64,000 nucleotides of DNA from Octopus vulgaris. Its lineage: Eukaryota. The notes under the pieces are model-generated. The model ran no database searches. It was not told the origin of the DNA and saw only the letters and a program-made list of their open reading frames with translations. The position numbers and the translations under genes are program-made. The stretch covers positions 86,056,001 to 86,120,000 of the forward strand of contig OX597815.1 of NCBI GenBank assembly GCA_951406725.2, in the 5' to 3' direction. Position 1 is the stretch's first letter. Each line of letters starts with the position of its first letter. Below, in pieces: positions 1 to 11,889 of the stretch.

Positions 1-129
1 TGCTAGTGTCAATACAATATAATATATTACATATTACAGTCATTCACGCGCCCATACACCAACCGCATGCGCGCACATATACGCTCGTACCTGTATATGC
101 GTAATGTTTAAATGAACACATTTCATTTA

Positions 130-188
130 TATGAATATATATATATATGTATATGTATGTATATTTATATATATATATATATATATAT

Positions 189-256
<68 letters not shown>

Positions 257-368
257 ATGCATATATATATATATATATGTATATAGGTCTGTATGTATTT
301 ATATATTATGTATGTATGCATGTATTATGTACATATATGTATGTGCGCGCGCAGGTGTGTGTGTGTGT
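130..368. repeat. (TA)n/(TATG)n/(TG)n compound microsatellite
   Basis: Directly visible dinucleotide runs; they explain the YI/HT/CV-repeat ORFs. Confidence 0.97.
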
Positions 369-627
369 TAGAATTTGTATCTGTGCAAAAGGAGAGAGAC
401 ACCGTGAAATAGTTTTATTAAATTCATTAGTGAATCCGACAGATGGTTTATGTGTACGTAATTAAGCTTGTTTCAATATTAGCTAGATTGTGTCACTTTG
501 CCATCATGGTTGTGTAACGAACAAGAGCAGAATATATTTATCTGTTTATTTGTTTTTGCGTATTGATTTGATGCTCCTTAATGATTACAGTGCTTTCCTA
601 CATGCAAATATTATTGATTTGGTACAT

Positions 628-812
628 AGGCACGAGGCCACAAATTCAAGAGAAGGTAGCAGTTGATAATATCGACCCCAATATTTAATTGGTATTTATT
701 TTATTGACCTTGGAAGGATGGAAAACAAAGCTAACCTCGGTGGGAAATAAATTCAAAACATAAATAGCCGGAACAAATACTGTCCGGCATTTTGTCTGAG
801 GCTCTAATGATA
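628..812 (-). mobile_element. Diverged tRNA-derived SINE (family B)
   Basis: atcgaccccaatatttaattggtatttattttattgaccttggaaggatggaaaacaaagc is the reverse complement of the family core gactttgcctttcatcctttcggggtcgataaaataagtaccag, also seen at 19033, 38679 and 58622. Confidence 0.7.
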
Positions 813-1506
813 TTGGAAATAATATTTGCAGATAAAAATGTTTGGCTTTGTGCTTTCAATATTATTCGTTGGTGAATTGGGTGGTATCGTTACTGCGTCA
901 AACAAAATGTCTGGCAGTATTTGTTTCGGCTATTCCAGTTCTGAATTCACTTCACGCCAAAGCTAAATTTGTCGATAAAACAAACCACCATTTAGATACG
1001 GAAGTTCGCAGCAACATATTCCTTTCCTCTCTCTCTCCTCTTACTATCACCTACTTTCTCCCATACAACTACTCCCGTATTAGCACCCAACGGTTACACC
1101 TAGTTTTCATACCGTGCCATCGTCTTGTCCTTTCTTCTCGCGAACTTCTAACTGATCATAGGTCCTGTCCCACGCAGTAGGGATTTTCATAAAAGTCTCG
1201 GTGTCTATTTGTTCCTGGTTTACCCTCTTTGTTTCGAGCTTAGTTGAAGAAAATTATCTCTTTTTTATTAAGTAACGCATCGGATTTTATCCGTTTCGTT
1301 CGTTCTAGTCGGAAGAAGCCAGCCTTTGCGTGTTAATTTAGGAAAATGATTCGCTTTCTACCTTAATGTTTACCGTAATCACTGGCACTTGCCGGAAGAG
1401 CTGAATCTGTAATGAGTCCGGTTAACAAGGCTGGTAATAAGTATTTCCAGTTTTGTCTCTTTTATACGTTCATTGTTATATACACCGTTTCACTTATTAG
1501 TTCAAA

Positions 1507-1642
1507 CATGCATACATACATACGTACATACATACATACATACATACATGTATACATACATACATGCATACACACACATGCATGCATACATGCATGCATA
1601 AATACATACATACATACAAGCATACATGCATACATACATACA
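1507..1642. repeat. (CATA)n/(CATG) microsatellite, left flank of LINE
   Basis: Visible tetranucleotide array; it continues at 3176-3430 on the other side of the LINE. Confidence 0.95.
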
Positions 1643-3079
1643 GACGCAGGTTATATACCGAAAAAGTTTCTATCCCAGTCGGTCATCCCGGTTTTCAAAC
1701 AGGGAAACAGATCCCTCGCAGTCAACTATCGCCCAATCTCACTCACCTCCCACATCATTAAAGTGTTTGAAAGAGTGTTAAGATCAAGGATAGCTGACTT
1801 CCTGGAGACCCACAAACTCCTAAATTCAAATCAACATGGCTTTCGCTGTGGCAGGGACTGTCTAACACAGCTCTTACACCACATTGAAGATGTACTCAAA
1901 GCCTTGGGAACAGGTTCGAACTCTGACGTCATATACCTTGACTTCAGTAAAGCGTTCGACAGGGTAGACCATAACATCCTACTCTCAAAATTGGCAAATG
2001 TTGGAATCCGTGGAAAAGTTCTACACTGGATTCAGTATTTCCTAGCGAATAGAACACAACATGTTGTAGTTGATGGAGTCCACTCAAACCCAGCAAAAGT
2101 CACCAGCGGTGTTCCCCAGGGAACTGTTTTGGGTCCGCTACTCTTCATAATTTATGTAAACGACCTTTCCAGTGTCGTACATCACTGCAAAGTGAAAATA
2201 TTCGCTGATGACACTAAGCTCCAGCAAATCGTCAATGAAGAAGCAGACCGAACTCAACTCCAGTCTGACCTATATGCTGTGAGTCAATGGGCAGACAGAA
2301 ACAAAATGCAACTGAATGAGGGAAAATTTGAGCTGATGCATTTTGGAAGAAATTCCTCACTAAAACAACCATACTCTCTTCCTTCAGGGGAACCGCTCAC
2401 AGCCTCTAACAATATCAGAGACCTGGGTGTAATTGTTGATGACGATCTCAGTTGGAGTGCACACATCAACAAGAAGGTCGATACAGCTCGTAGGATGAGT
2501 TCCTGGATCTTAAGAACTTTCCGGTCCAGAGAACAAGGTGTCATCATACCACTTTTTTCATCCTTTGTACGGCCACACCTTGAATACTGCTGCCCACTGT
2601 GGTCTCCTCACACAAGACAAAACATCTCCAGAATTGAGTCACCCCAGAGGGCTCTCACTAAACAAATTGAAAGCATGGCTGCTCTCGACTATTGGGATCG
2701 CCTTAAAGCCTTGAAACTTTACTCCCTCCAGCGTCGCCGTGAGCGGTACATCATTTGTACGATGTGGAAAATATACCGCCAACTTTGCCCAAACGACCTA
2801 AACATTAGCTTCAAGGTTCATCCGAGACTTGGACCACGGGCTATACGTCCCCTGCCAAATTCAAGATCACAACATACATGTACACTGCAACATAATTTCT
2901 TTTCCTCAACAGGCCCTGCCCTATTTAACATTGTCCCGAGGGAGATCAAAGAGGAAAAGGATCCCATCAACTTCAAACAGAGTCTGGATAGATTCCTTCA
3001 AAGAATACCAGACAAGCCACCCATAATTGGATACAACTCACCCAACAAGAACTCACTACTTGAACAAAACTTGACTTAA
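1643..3079 (+). CDS. LINE ORF2 reverse transcriptase, C-terminal ~478 codons, uninterrupted but lacking the endonuclease and start
   Basis: Track ORF 1412..3079; homology begins at DAGYIP (GAC at 1643); the first 77 codons are flank and microsatellite. Confidence 0.88.
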   Translation, partial: DAGYIPKKFLSQSVIPVFKQGNRSLAVNYRPISLTSHIIKVFERVLRSRIADFLETHKLLNSNQHGFRCGRDCLTQLLHHIEDVLKALGTGSNSDVIYLDFSKAFDRVDHNILLSKLANVGIRGKVLHWIQYFLANRTQHVVVDGVHSNPAKVTSGVPQGTVLGPLLFIIYVNDLSSVVHHCKVKIFADDTKLQQIVNEEADRTQLQSDLYAVSQWADRNKMQLNEGKFELMHFGRNSSLKQPYSLPSGEPLTASNNIRDLGVIVDDDLSWSAHINKKVDTARRMSSWILRTFRSREQGVIIPLFSSFVRPHLEYCCPLWSPHTRQNISRIESPQRALTKQIESMAALDYWDRLKALKLYSLQRRRERYIICTMWKIYRQLCPNDLNISFKVHPRLGPRAIRPLPNSRSQHTCTLQHNFFSSTGPALFNIVPREIKEEKDPINFKQSLDRFLQRIPDKPPIIGYNSPNKNSLLEQNLT

Positions 3080-3175
3080 ACAGGATTCGAATAATCCTAT
3101 CAGGTGGTGCTATTAAGTTAGACATGGCCTGGACCAATCTCTGGTCGAAACATATCTAAGTTTTATCTAAGTTTT
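1643..3175 (+). mobile_element. 5'-truncated non-LTR retrotransposon, CR1 group (CR1/L2/Crack-like), recent insertion
   Basis: RT motifs NYRPISLTS, QHGFR, YLDFSKAFD, SGVPQGTVLGPLLF, FADD, DLGVIVD, RPHLEY; short 3' UTR ending in a tandem tail (tatctaagttt)x2; inserted in a (CATA)n array. Confidence 0.93.
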
Positions 3176-3430
3176 ACACATGCATGCATAAATACATACC
3201 TACATACAAACATACAAACATACATGCATACATACATACATACATACATACACAGGCATGCATAAATACATACATACATACAAACGTACATGCATACATA
3301 CATACATACATACATACATACATACATACATACATACATACATACATACATGCATGCATACATACATACATACATACATGCATGCATAAATACATACATA
3401 CAAACAAACATACATGCATGCATACATACG
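3176..3430. repeat. (CATA)n microsatellite
   Basis: Visible array between the CR1-group LINE and an R4/Dong fragment. Confidence 0.95.
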
Positions 3431-5325
3431 TACAACCTGAAAAATAATCAACAATCTGCTCTGAATATTAGAATGTTAATCAGGATAATAAAATGTAAGA
3501 AGAATAATGAGTTTACACCTCATTAATTGCATCTTATGAATAAATTAACAAAGCTCTATGATAACTCTTCACACCGAACTCTTAGGAAGAGGTTAATTAC
3601 TCTAAAACATTAACTCAGGGCGTTGAGCAAAGTTTTTCGCTACAGCAAGCGAATTGTTGAGCGAGCCTGTATAAATCATGTTTGCTTTTTACGTACAGAT
3701 AATTAAACAAAGAGATGAGGAAGGGAAATATCATTAAGAAAGCCTGCTCTCAGAAGATCTTCAATTATTCTGATTGAAAATCTCTAACGGAGAGTGGGAT
3801 TTCAACCTTAATTCGTCGTGGTTAAATGCAGTAAAAAGAAACTGCACCACCAACAACAACATGCAATTGATCCGGAAATTTTCGCCGTAGCTGTAGGCAA
3901 AGTACATAATGGGAAGGCACATGGAAGGGACCTAATATTTGGATACTCTTACATGAGACTGACGTCACAAGAACTATGAAGGAGCAAATAGACATAAATT
4001 TCGCTGGCTATAGCACGGATGAGTCACGTAGCTTAGAACGAAACTACCGAGTTGGCAGAAATCTATAGGTTCATTGATTGCCGAAACGATATATAGAAGC
4101 TGCACACAAGCTGTTTCAACCGGTTTCTCCAGGATCGTTGTTGGTCCAACGACATACTGAAGGTTGAACAAAACAATAGAAAGAAAGGAGTGTCAGAATG
4201 TGCCAAACAACTTTTGATAACACAAGATGTACTGAAGTGAAAAAACACCGTAGGAGTCTTGGAACTCTATGGCTTGATTATAGAAAAGCGTTTGAGTATT
4301 CACCTCGCACGACGATTTCTGAAGTGTCTCCAATTGGCAAAAGTGCCTGCTACCTTAATTGCTGCTATTGAGAGTCTCACAAAGACCCGGACAACAAGTC
4401 TTACACTTAGAACTAAGAGTGGTACGATCGTTTCCAAAGTTATAATTATTTCAAAGGAAATATTCCAAGGAGATAGTCTTTCTGTAATTCTGCTCATTTT
4501 GGTGTTCAATCTATTATCACACCTGTTACAAAAATCAAATGGCTACATGCTAGGTTCTACAACTGCTACAGATATTAATGTAATTTGCTTGTGGATGACC
4601 TCAAGATTTATGCTACGAATGTTAACAGTTCTAAGAACACCCGGAATTAATGACATTTTCAGCCGAGATAGGAATGAAATTTGGACAAAAGAAATGCTGA
4701 TATTTGATTGTTGAACCCAGAAAAACACCCTCCAGACCCTACATCTGTGCATTATTAGTCCAACTCTCTCCCTTGTCTCACACAAAAATTGGTACAAGTA
4801 CCTTGGCATTGATGAGAACATCATACAAAGGCACTGTGAATAAAGATACAGTGACCCGAGAATGATATGCCAGCCCTAAAAAATATGGTAGTGAGAACTC
4901 TCCTTTTACAAGAAAATAATGCTCAATGTATTTGCAGTACCAACGTTGATTCCAACATTTAGCATCCTGGACTGGTCTGTTGGAGAAATCTATTCCATAG
5001 ACGTTAAAAGTCGTAAGATACTAACATCAACTAAAAACGTCCACAGAAATAGTGATATCGATAGGCTCTACCTAAGTAAGATGGTTGAGGTCAGTGCAGA
5101 CAGCTTCCAAATATCGTATAGTCTCTTTCAGAGAATATAAGACAGCAACAAAAAGAAGTACATTTACTTCATACTGAAAAGTGAGGATAGCAATATTCTA
5201 AAAGTCGGCAGCGAATTCCTTAGGAGGCACTCTCTTCCTAATGACTTCCTATACAACCCCGAATCAGCGGGACTAACATATTTCAAAGAAGACCTGGATG
5301 TCACACGCTCAGCATACCAAAAATA
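3431..5325 (+). mobile_element. Decayed R4/Dong-clade (RLE-type) non-LTR retrotransposon, RT region
   Basis: Frameshifted motifs KVHNGKAHGRDLIFGY (RT domain 0), IFQGDSLS, YKYLGI, NVFAVPTLIPTFSILDW, HRNSDIDRLYL; starts right after the (CATA)n array. Confidence 0.82.
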
Positions 5326-6918
5326 GGAGAAAAAGGATCATGCAATACATGAGATTACTTATAGAAAAAAAATTCCATTAAACTAAATTTTAAACTTAAA
5401 ACATTAGGATTATTTCCTACAACACATTTATTATGTTAAATATTTAATATTTAAGGTAACAAAAAATAGATAGAAATATGTATTTATCTGTGAAGATATA
5501 ATTTGACTTAAAAAATACATTGACTCAGTTATACTCCAATATTTAATTACCAAATTATTTAACAAAATGATCACTATTAATATTTTTAGATTTAAGTTCG
5601 CATATGATAATTATAAAATAATAAATACATAAAATAAGTATCTAAATTATAATAAACAAATATAGTAATTAAAAATCTAAAATTTTCTCTATCAATAAAT
5701 GTATAAACATATAACCAACAGTAAATTAGTCCATTATTACTTACATAAATATAATAGATATCTATAGAATATATTTATGAAATACAATTTAAGAATTGAA
5801 AAATTCAAATAAAAACGTATAACTTACCATTATAAAATACTTATTATTACTATTATCAACACTATTATCACCACTATTATCATAAACATTCTTACGATCT
5901 ATATCATATAAAGTGACTAACTAGTATCTTAAAATTTACGTTAAGTTACAATAATTATATGCTAATAATGATTAAATAAATGTACGTATCTAAATTATCA
6001 TTAACAACTAAAATAATTATAAATACGAATTTAACAATCAATAGTTATATAGAATACAATAATATTTCTTAAATAAAAAAGTTCACTCATCTCTCGAAAA
6101 GCGTGTCATTAACTAAAATTTGAAAACGGAAAACGTCTTTTTAAGCGTTTATAAGAAAATTCGTGGAATTACGTTATTAACAGAAATAGAACAAACTACG
6201 CATATATTTTAGCTTTAATAGATAAAGAGAATAAAGTCACTAATAGAGAATAGAATCCCTATACACTATAATATCTTTCACTATAAACCTAAAATTTAGA
6301 ATTAACTACGATAAATTATAGTCAAAACTCTATAAATTAAAATAATTTATATAACTACTATTTACTGTATATTCTCTAATAATCTTATACAAATTAATTT
6401 ATTTCATATATATAAAAAATAAGGTTACTTTGGAGTCAAATCATTATTTAAATGAAACAACTTTTAGACACATTCAGTATTAACTCAGTAGTAATTCAAT
6501 TAGTATCTATATTATAACTACTAATTAATAAAATTAAGTTAATTTAAAAACTATAATGTAATTAAAATTCATTAATAAATAATATTAATTAATTAAATAA
6601 ACATCTAAGTAAATCTAATTCGAAATATATAATATAAATACATTTTGATTAATATAAAAAGAGTATTACAAACTATAAACTTAACTGTCGTTTATAACAA
6701 ATATATATTATGTATCATATTACTACTCAAAACAAATGCTAAGATGATAAATTAAATTTATTATATAGGTAAAGTAATTTATATGTAGATCAAATACTTC
6801 GCTCATTAATTGAATAAATAAAGTACATATTATCGTTATAAATGAATAGTACATAAAGAAAAAATTATTTTACTACATATCCAAAATTATTTATTTAACG
6901 TTACTAAAACTATTACCA
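5326..6918. other. Unassigned very AT-rich (~20% GC in sampled lines), non-microsatellite island
   Basis: Abrupt composition change at the broken end of the R4 fragment; no ORF of 60 aa or more within it; contains a 12-bp unit x3 at 5849-5884. Confidence 0.75.
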
Positions 6919-7625
6919 ATATATATATATATATATATGTATGTACATATATATATGTAAATACACACACATTATATATATATATGTATATATAAATATG
7001 AATATATATATATATATTTACACATGCATACATATATGCATTCATACGTATATATACGCATATATACATACATATATATGCACACACACACACATATACA
7101 GAAACACACAGAAATCTATACCTCTACATATATATGTGTGTTTCTGTATGTGCTTATATGCTTGTCTCTGTGTCTTTGTGCCTTAGCGTGCAGCTAAATC
7201 AATTATTGACAAACTTTGATCGTCCTCGATTATATTAATGAAAACGAAGATACAAAACCTCTAGTCTATACCTAAATGCCTATATTCCATGATAAATCTT
7301 CCATCCACGTAAAGTTATTCGCCCTATAATTTGATGATGTTGGTAGGGTATTAGCCTAGCCGTCGAGGAAATCACTGATACTTATTCATGCAAAAATAAG
7401 TGATGCGACAGTGACCCAATCAAGACATTTACCTTCCAATGGCCATTTTATTCGACCCAGCTGTTAATACTTTCACAAGAAATATGTACGTGGAGCATGA
7501 ATACAGCTTGGCATTAGTAGAAATTGATTTTTTTTCGTTTACATAGCAATGAATTATTTATGCATAGGTATTTAATGTAAATATAAATGTATGAATATAT
7601 ATATATAAACTTGTATGTATGCACA

Positions 7626-7788
<163 letters not shown>

Positions 7789-7789
7789 T

Positions 7790-8215
7790 TGCCCACAAAC
7801 CCCTTCACACTCCCTTATATGACTTTTAAGCCCAGCCAAACTTTTTCAAACTGTACTGGCTGGCAGAAGAAACAGGTGCCACCATATGCACTCTCTTATC
7901 ATTTCTTATCATATTCAGACGTCCAGCTGAGAGGCACACCCTTCCACATTTTACACATGTTCTGTTGTGAATTTTAATAGTCACGGTACTGTTTATCATG
8001 GGTCGATTTCTGTGAGCATTTTGATGTCTCATCAGACCTGCACGCCTCAAACACCTCTGCCCAAAAACCCCTTCACACTCCCTCACTTTCCACAGGTTCC
8101 CTCCTTCTAAGCTCCCCCCTAATTCTTTCACACTTCATTCTCTCCCTCTCATACCTTGAACTACCATCAGACTCTATATTCCTCAATCACCAACTGCAAT
8201 TCCTGTCTCAATTAG
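7790..8215 (-). mobile_element. Probable RTE-type LINE 3' fragment with C2H2-like Zn-finger repeats
   Basis: ORF 7826..8131(-) has two decayed CxxC-G-R-x-C-(L)S/R-xAGL-xxH motifs (RCLRRAGLMRHQNAH; CVKCGRVCLSAGRL), as found at RTE ORF C-termini. Confidence 0.55.
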
Positions 8216-8303
8216 AGTATATACATACATACGCACACCACATATACACAAATATATATGTATGCAAGTATATATCTCTCTTTGTGTTTTCATGTTTGGA
8301 TTA

Positions 8304-8352
<49 letters not shown>

Positions 8353-8497
8353 GTGTGTGTGTGTGTACATATACAGAGAGAGATGGGGGGAATGTATATA
8401 CATTAATATTTAATAGATTATTTGATGTGCTAATTGATGTACTAATTTGATTGATAGACAGCTCTACCGTTATCGATGTTTATTTATACGTGTTAGA

Positions 8498-8696
8498 ATG
8501 ATGATGATAACGATGATGATGTTGACGATGATGTTGATGATGATGATGATGAGGAAGATGATGATGATGATGATGATGATGGTGGTGGTGATAGTGATGG
8601 TGGTGGTGGTGATGATGGATGTGATGCTGATGGCTGTGGTGGTGGTGGTGGTGGTGGTATTGCCGCCGCCGCCGCCTCCGCCGCCGCCGCCTCCGC

Positions 8697-8765
<69 letters not shown>

Positions 8766-8822
8766 CTCCCGCCACTGCCTCCGCCACTGCCTCCGCCGCC
8801 GCCGATGATGATAATGATGATG
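8498..8822. repeat. Compound trinucleotide repeat (GAT)n(GGT)n(CCGCCGCCT)n(GAT)n
   Basis: Directly visible; GC-rich core at 8661-8802. Confidence 0.95.
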
Positions 8823-9792
8823 AACGTAGTGCTTGCGTTGATGAGGATGATGAGAAGGAGGCGCAAAGAAGTAAAAGAAGGATGAAACAGTACAGAGGAT
8901 ATACAAAACAGATTAAGAGCTAAGAAGTAATTCTTGTGTGAAATAATCAATATTTAATCTATCACATCCTTTCAGTATTTCGTCTTCAGTTTTATCGATC
9001 TCAGTCTTATGTGCCATGCAACTGTCTTTTCAAAGTAGTAATGCTAGTGACATGTCGTAATCATATCTGTGCAAACAAACTACAGGAGGTGACTGCATAC
9101 ATAAATCTCCTCTTCGCCGAAAGACAAATCTAGTCTGTATTTTACTTGGTTTAAAAAAATGCTTATACATATACATATAAAAATATGTACATTAGCAATA
9201 CTTTTCCTTCCATAAATGAGATGTACCATGGCTGCCGTCTTAGAAGAAAACCCCTTTGTAGTTACCTAAACTGCGGACTGTTTACTTTATTTTCAGCATA
9301 TAAGCACTAGATATGACTTCGAACCTAGACGACCAGGTTCACACAGATGAACTCTATTTTCCAACATTGTGTATGGACATATGTTTTGCTTTAGCCTAGT
9401 CACATCACATGCTCTTATATTGTATACATATCGTTTATTAGTTTTATTTCATTATTGATTAGTTAAAAGGAAGGACCGCGTACGTGTAGGTTTTTCGACA
9501 TCGGTGATATCTATGTGATTGGTGTTCTATGTGAATCTCTGTAGATCGAGAACAGTAGTATAAAAAAAGAGAAAAGGACAATCCAGCTTATTAATTTACT
9601 ACAGGAAATACCGGCCTAGTAATTACAGAAGGGATAGGAAAAGAAATATTTGAATCAGTAATCTTGGGTAAGTATTTGCATAACAGCAACATCGTCCCAA
9701 ACAGGTAGTGAGAATGTGGATTTGTTTGAGTAGGTATAAGACAGATATTTATCATGGATGTTCATTTATCACTCTATCTAACGATATATTTG

Positions 9793-10042
<250 letters not shown>

Positions 10043-10363
10043 TATGAGAAATTAGGGTTCTCAAAACAAGAAAGGAGAAAGCTGATTCGAAGACTACAGA
10101 TCTAATCCATCAGTGGAAGTGTAAAAATCTGTAAAACTTTCCAGAAGTTTATCATTTAAGTATATATGAGCGTCTGTAGATATGCAAGTATATGCATGAG
10201 AAGACATACATCAAACAAAACATACAAATCTGCACGAAGATACACATACATACAAAAGTACCCTGTTTTTGATATGGATATTGCAATGAAGGAGACTTGG
10301 ATCTAGATTAGAAATTGGTTCTTTCTCTATTGCCAAGCAATATTGTAATAAAACTGAAAAATG
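10043..10363 (+). mobile_element. 3' end of CATA-associated R4/Dong-type element with 21-bp TSD
   Basis: Encodes a decayed C-terminus (RKLIRRLQI..ISGSVKICKTF); ends aataaaactgaaaaatg; acatacttgcatacatacata is present at 10022-10042 and 10364-10384. Confidence 0.75.
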
Positions 10364-10414
10364 ACATACTTGCATACATACATACATACATACATACATA
10401 CATACATACATACA

Positions 10415-10445
<31 letters not shown>

Positions 10446-10864
10446 GTGTACAGTTGGGGACAGCAGCTGGCCAGCGGATGTTAACATAAATACTGAGAAA
10501 TCTGCAGTTGCTCTATCCAGATTACATGTTCAGTTTCATACCTGTAATTATTGGGGCACCAGAAAGAGAAAACTGATTCGAAGCCTACGGATTCAAGCCT
10601 TCAAACCTTCACGGGAACTGTAAAAGTCTAAAACTTTCCTGACCTTTATCTTTTAAATATATATGAGCTTGTCTAGACATGCAACTATATGCATGAGAAT
10701 ACTTGCATAAATCAAAACATACAAATTAGCACATATACATATATCCATATATACTAAAACACCCTGCTGACGTTGCTGAAATTCCAATGAAAGAGCTTTG
10801 GATATAGATTAGAAACAGATTGTGTTACTATGGGCAGGAAATGTAGAAATAAAACGGAATAATG
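10446..10864 (+). mobile_element. Second 3' fragment of the same CATA-associated R4/Dong family
   Basis: [22 protein letters not shown] motif (RLE C-terminus); 3' UTR homologous to 10043-10363; ends aataaaacggaataatg then (CATA)n. Confidence 0.75.
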
Positions 10865-11239
10865 ACATACATACATAATACATACAGTATTTTGGTCCTG
10901 AAAATGAAGCTTACTCTATGATAGAGAGACAATATATGCTTAAAATTCCCAAACAAAAGAAAGGAAATGCAAATAATTCGCCATAACATTATCAGCGCTG
11001 GAGACTATAAACATTTTCAGATATTTACTCAACATTTCATCAAGCTGTTTCTCTATTTCGTTCCTGCATGCTTGTGTGTATAACGATGCTGGTATTCAGC
11101 TGTTAAAACACAATATATTTATGATATAGAGTAAAACGTTAATGGAGAGTATAGAGCACAATATCATTAAACGAATGACAAAGGAATAGAAGTTACGCAA
11201 TCACGTTCATAAGCTTACATCTGTTTCTCGTATAGAAAC

Positions 11240-11354
11240 CACTGCAAGAAATGTGTGAATTTCAGAGGGGAATATGTCGAATAAGATCATAATTAACTGA
11301 TATATTCTTGTATATTATTTTACCCATAGCCAGGAAATTTTCAGCACTCCTACA
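11240..11354 (+). mobile_element. mariner-type 3' terminal remnant
   Basis: CVN..GEYVE*-like transposase end and right TIR agccaggaaattttcagcactcctac, complementary to the left end at 13974. Confidence 0.6.
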
Positions 11355-11371
11355 TATGTGTATGTATACGT

Positions 11372-11404
<33 letters not shown>

Positions 11405-11414
11405 TGCACACACA

Positions 11415-11484
<70 letters not shown>

Positions 11485-11487
<3 letters not shown>

Positions 11488-11871
11488 TATTGCCCGGCGT
11501 TGCTCGGGTTTGTTTAGCCCCTTTAGAATTGAAAATTTTGAAAAGTAAAAATTTCGCACTATGTAGCTTGTTATTCTCTTTAAGTGAACATTTTTCTGGT
11601 TGAAATACACCGAAAAATGGCGACACAGCAGTCAAAAGATCGTTAAAAAATAGGGATCTTCATAAATAAAAAGCACCTTTTTGATGTAAATAACTTTTGG
11701 CCTTAACATGGTCCGATTTGAATTTTATCTCCTACGGAATGAAGAGCAAGCCTTCTTCTATCATACTTTCAATTTTGGTGAACTTGCGTCGCAGCGTCTC
11801 GGAGGAGATAGTGTTAGTTGAAGGCTACCAAACCTGCCACACACAGACAACTTCAGCTTTACATATATAGA
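11485..11871 (-). mobile_element. Non-autonomous Helitron (terminal CTAG eroded)
   Basis: Minus strand starts TCTATATATGTAAAGCTGAAGTTGTCTGTG and ends ACAAACCCGAGCAACGCCGGGCAATAATG, matching the 3' terminus of the element at 25166-25546. Confidence 0.75.
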
Positions 11872-11889
11872 TATATACATAGATGAGCT

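Noticed and set aside
44-465. ORFs of YI/HT/CV/MYVC/IYLS repeats here and throughout the window
   Set aside because: Translations of microsatellites that happen to lack stops; no coding evidence.
1412-1642. N-terminal extension giving the RT an ATG (555-aa ORF, apparent domesticated fusion)
   Set aside because: The extension is flank plus (CATA)n read-through (HTYI repeats); in-frame by chance, with no promoter or expression evidence.
5326-6918. Mitochondrial insertion (NUMT)
   Set aside because: No recognisable rRNA, tRNA or mitochondrial protein motif; in-frame TAA is frequent, so the mitochondrial code does not open a frame I examined.
8447-8950. Poly-Pro/poly-Gly/poly-Arg-His protein (formin- or extensin-like exon)
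   Set aside because: Open in several frames on both strands purely because of trinucleotide repeats; no flanking domain or splice support.
10280-10330. Hammerhead-like skeleton (CAATGA...hairpin...GAAA) in the 3' UTR of the CATA-associated R4 family
   Set aside because: The core deviates at several invariant positions and stems I/III do not close in either copy.
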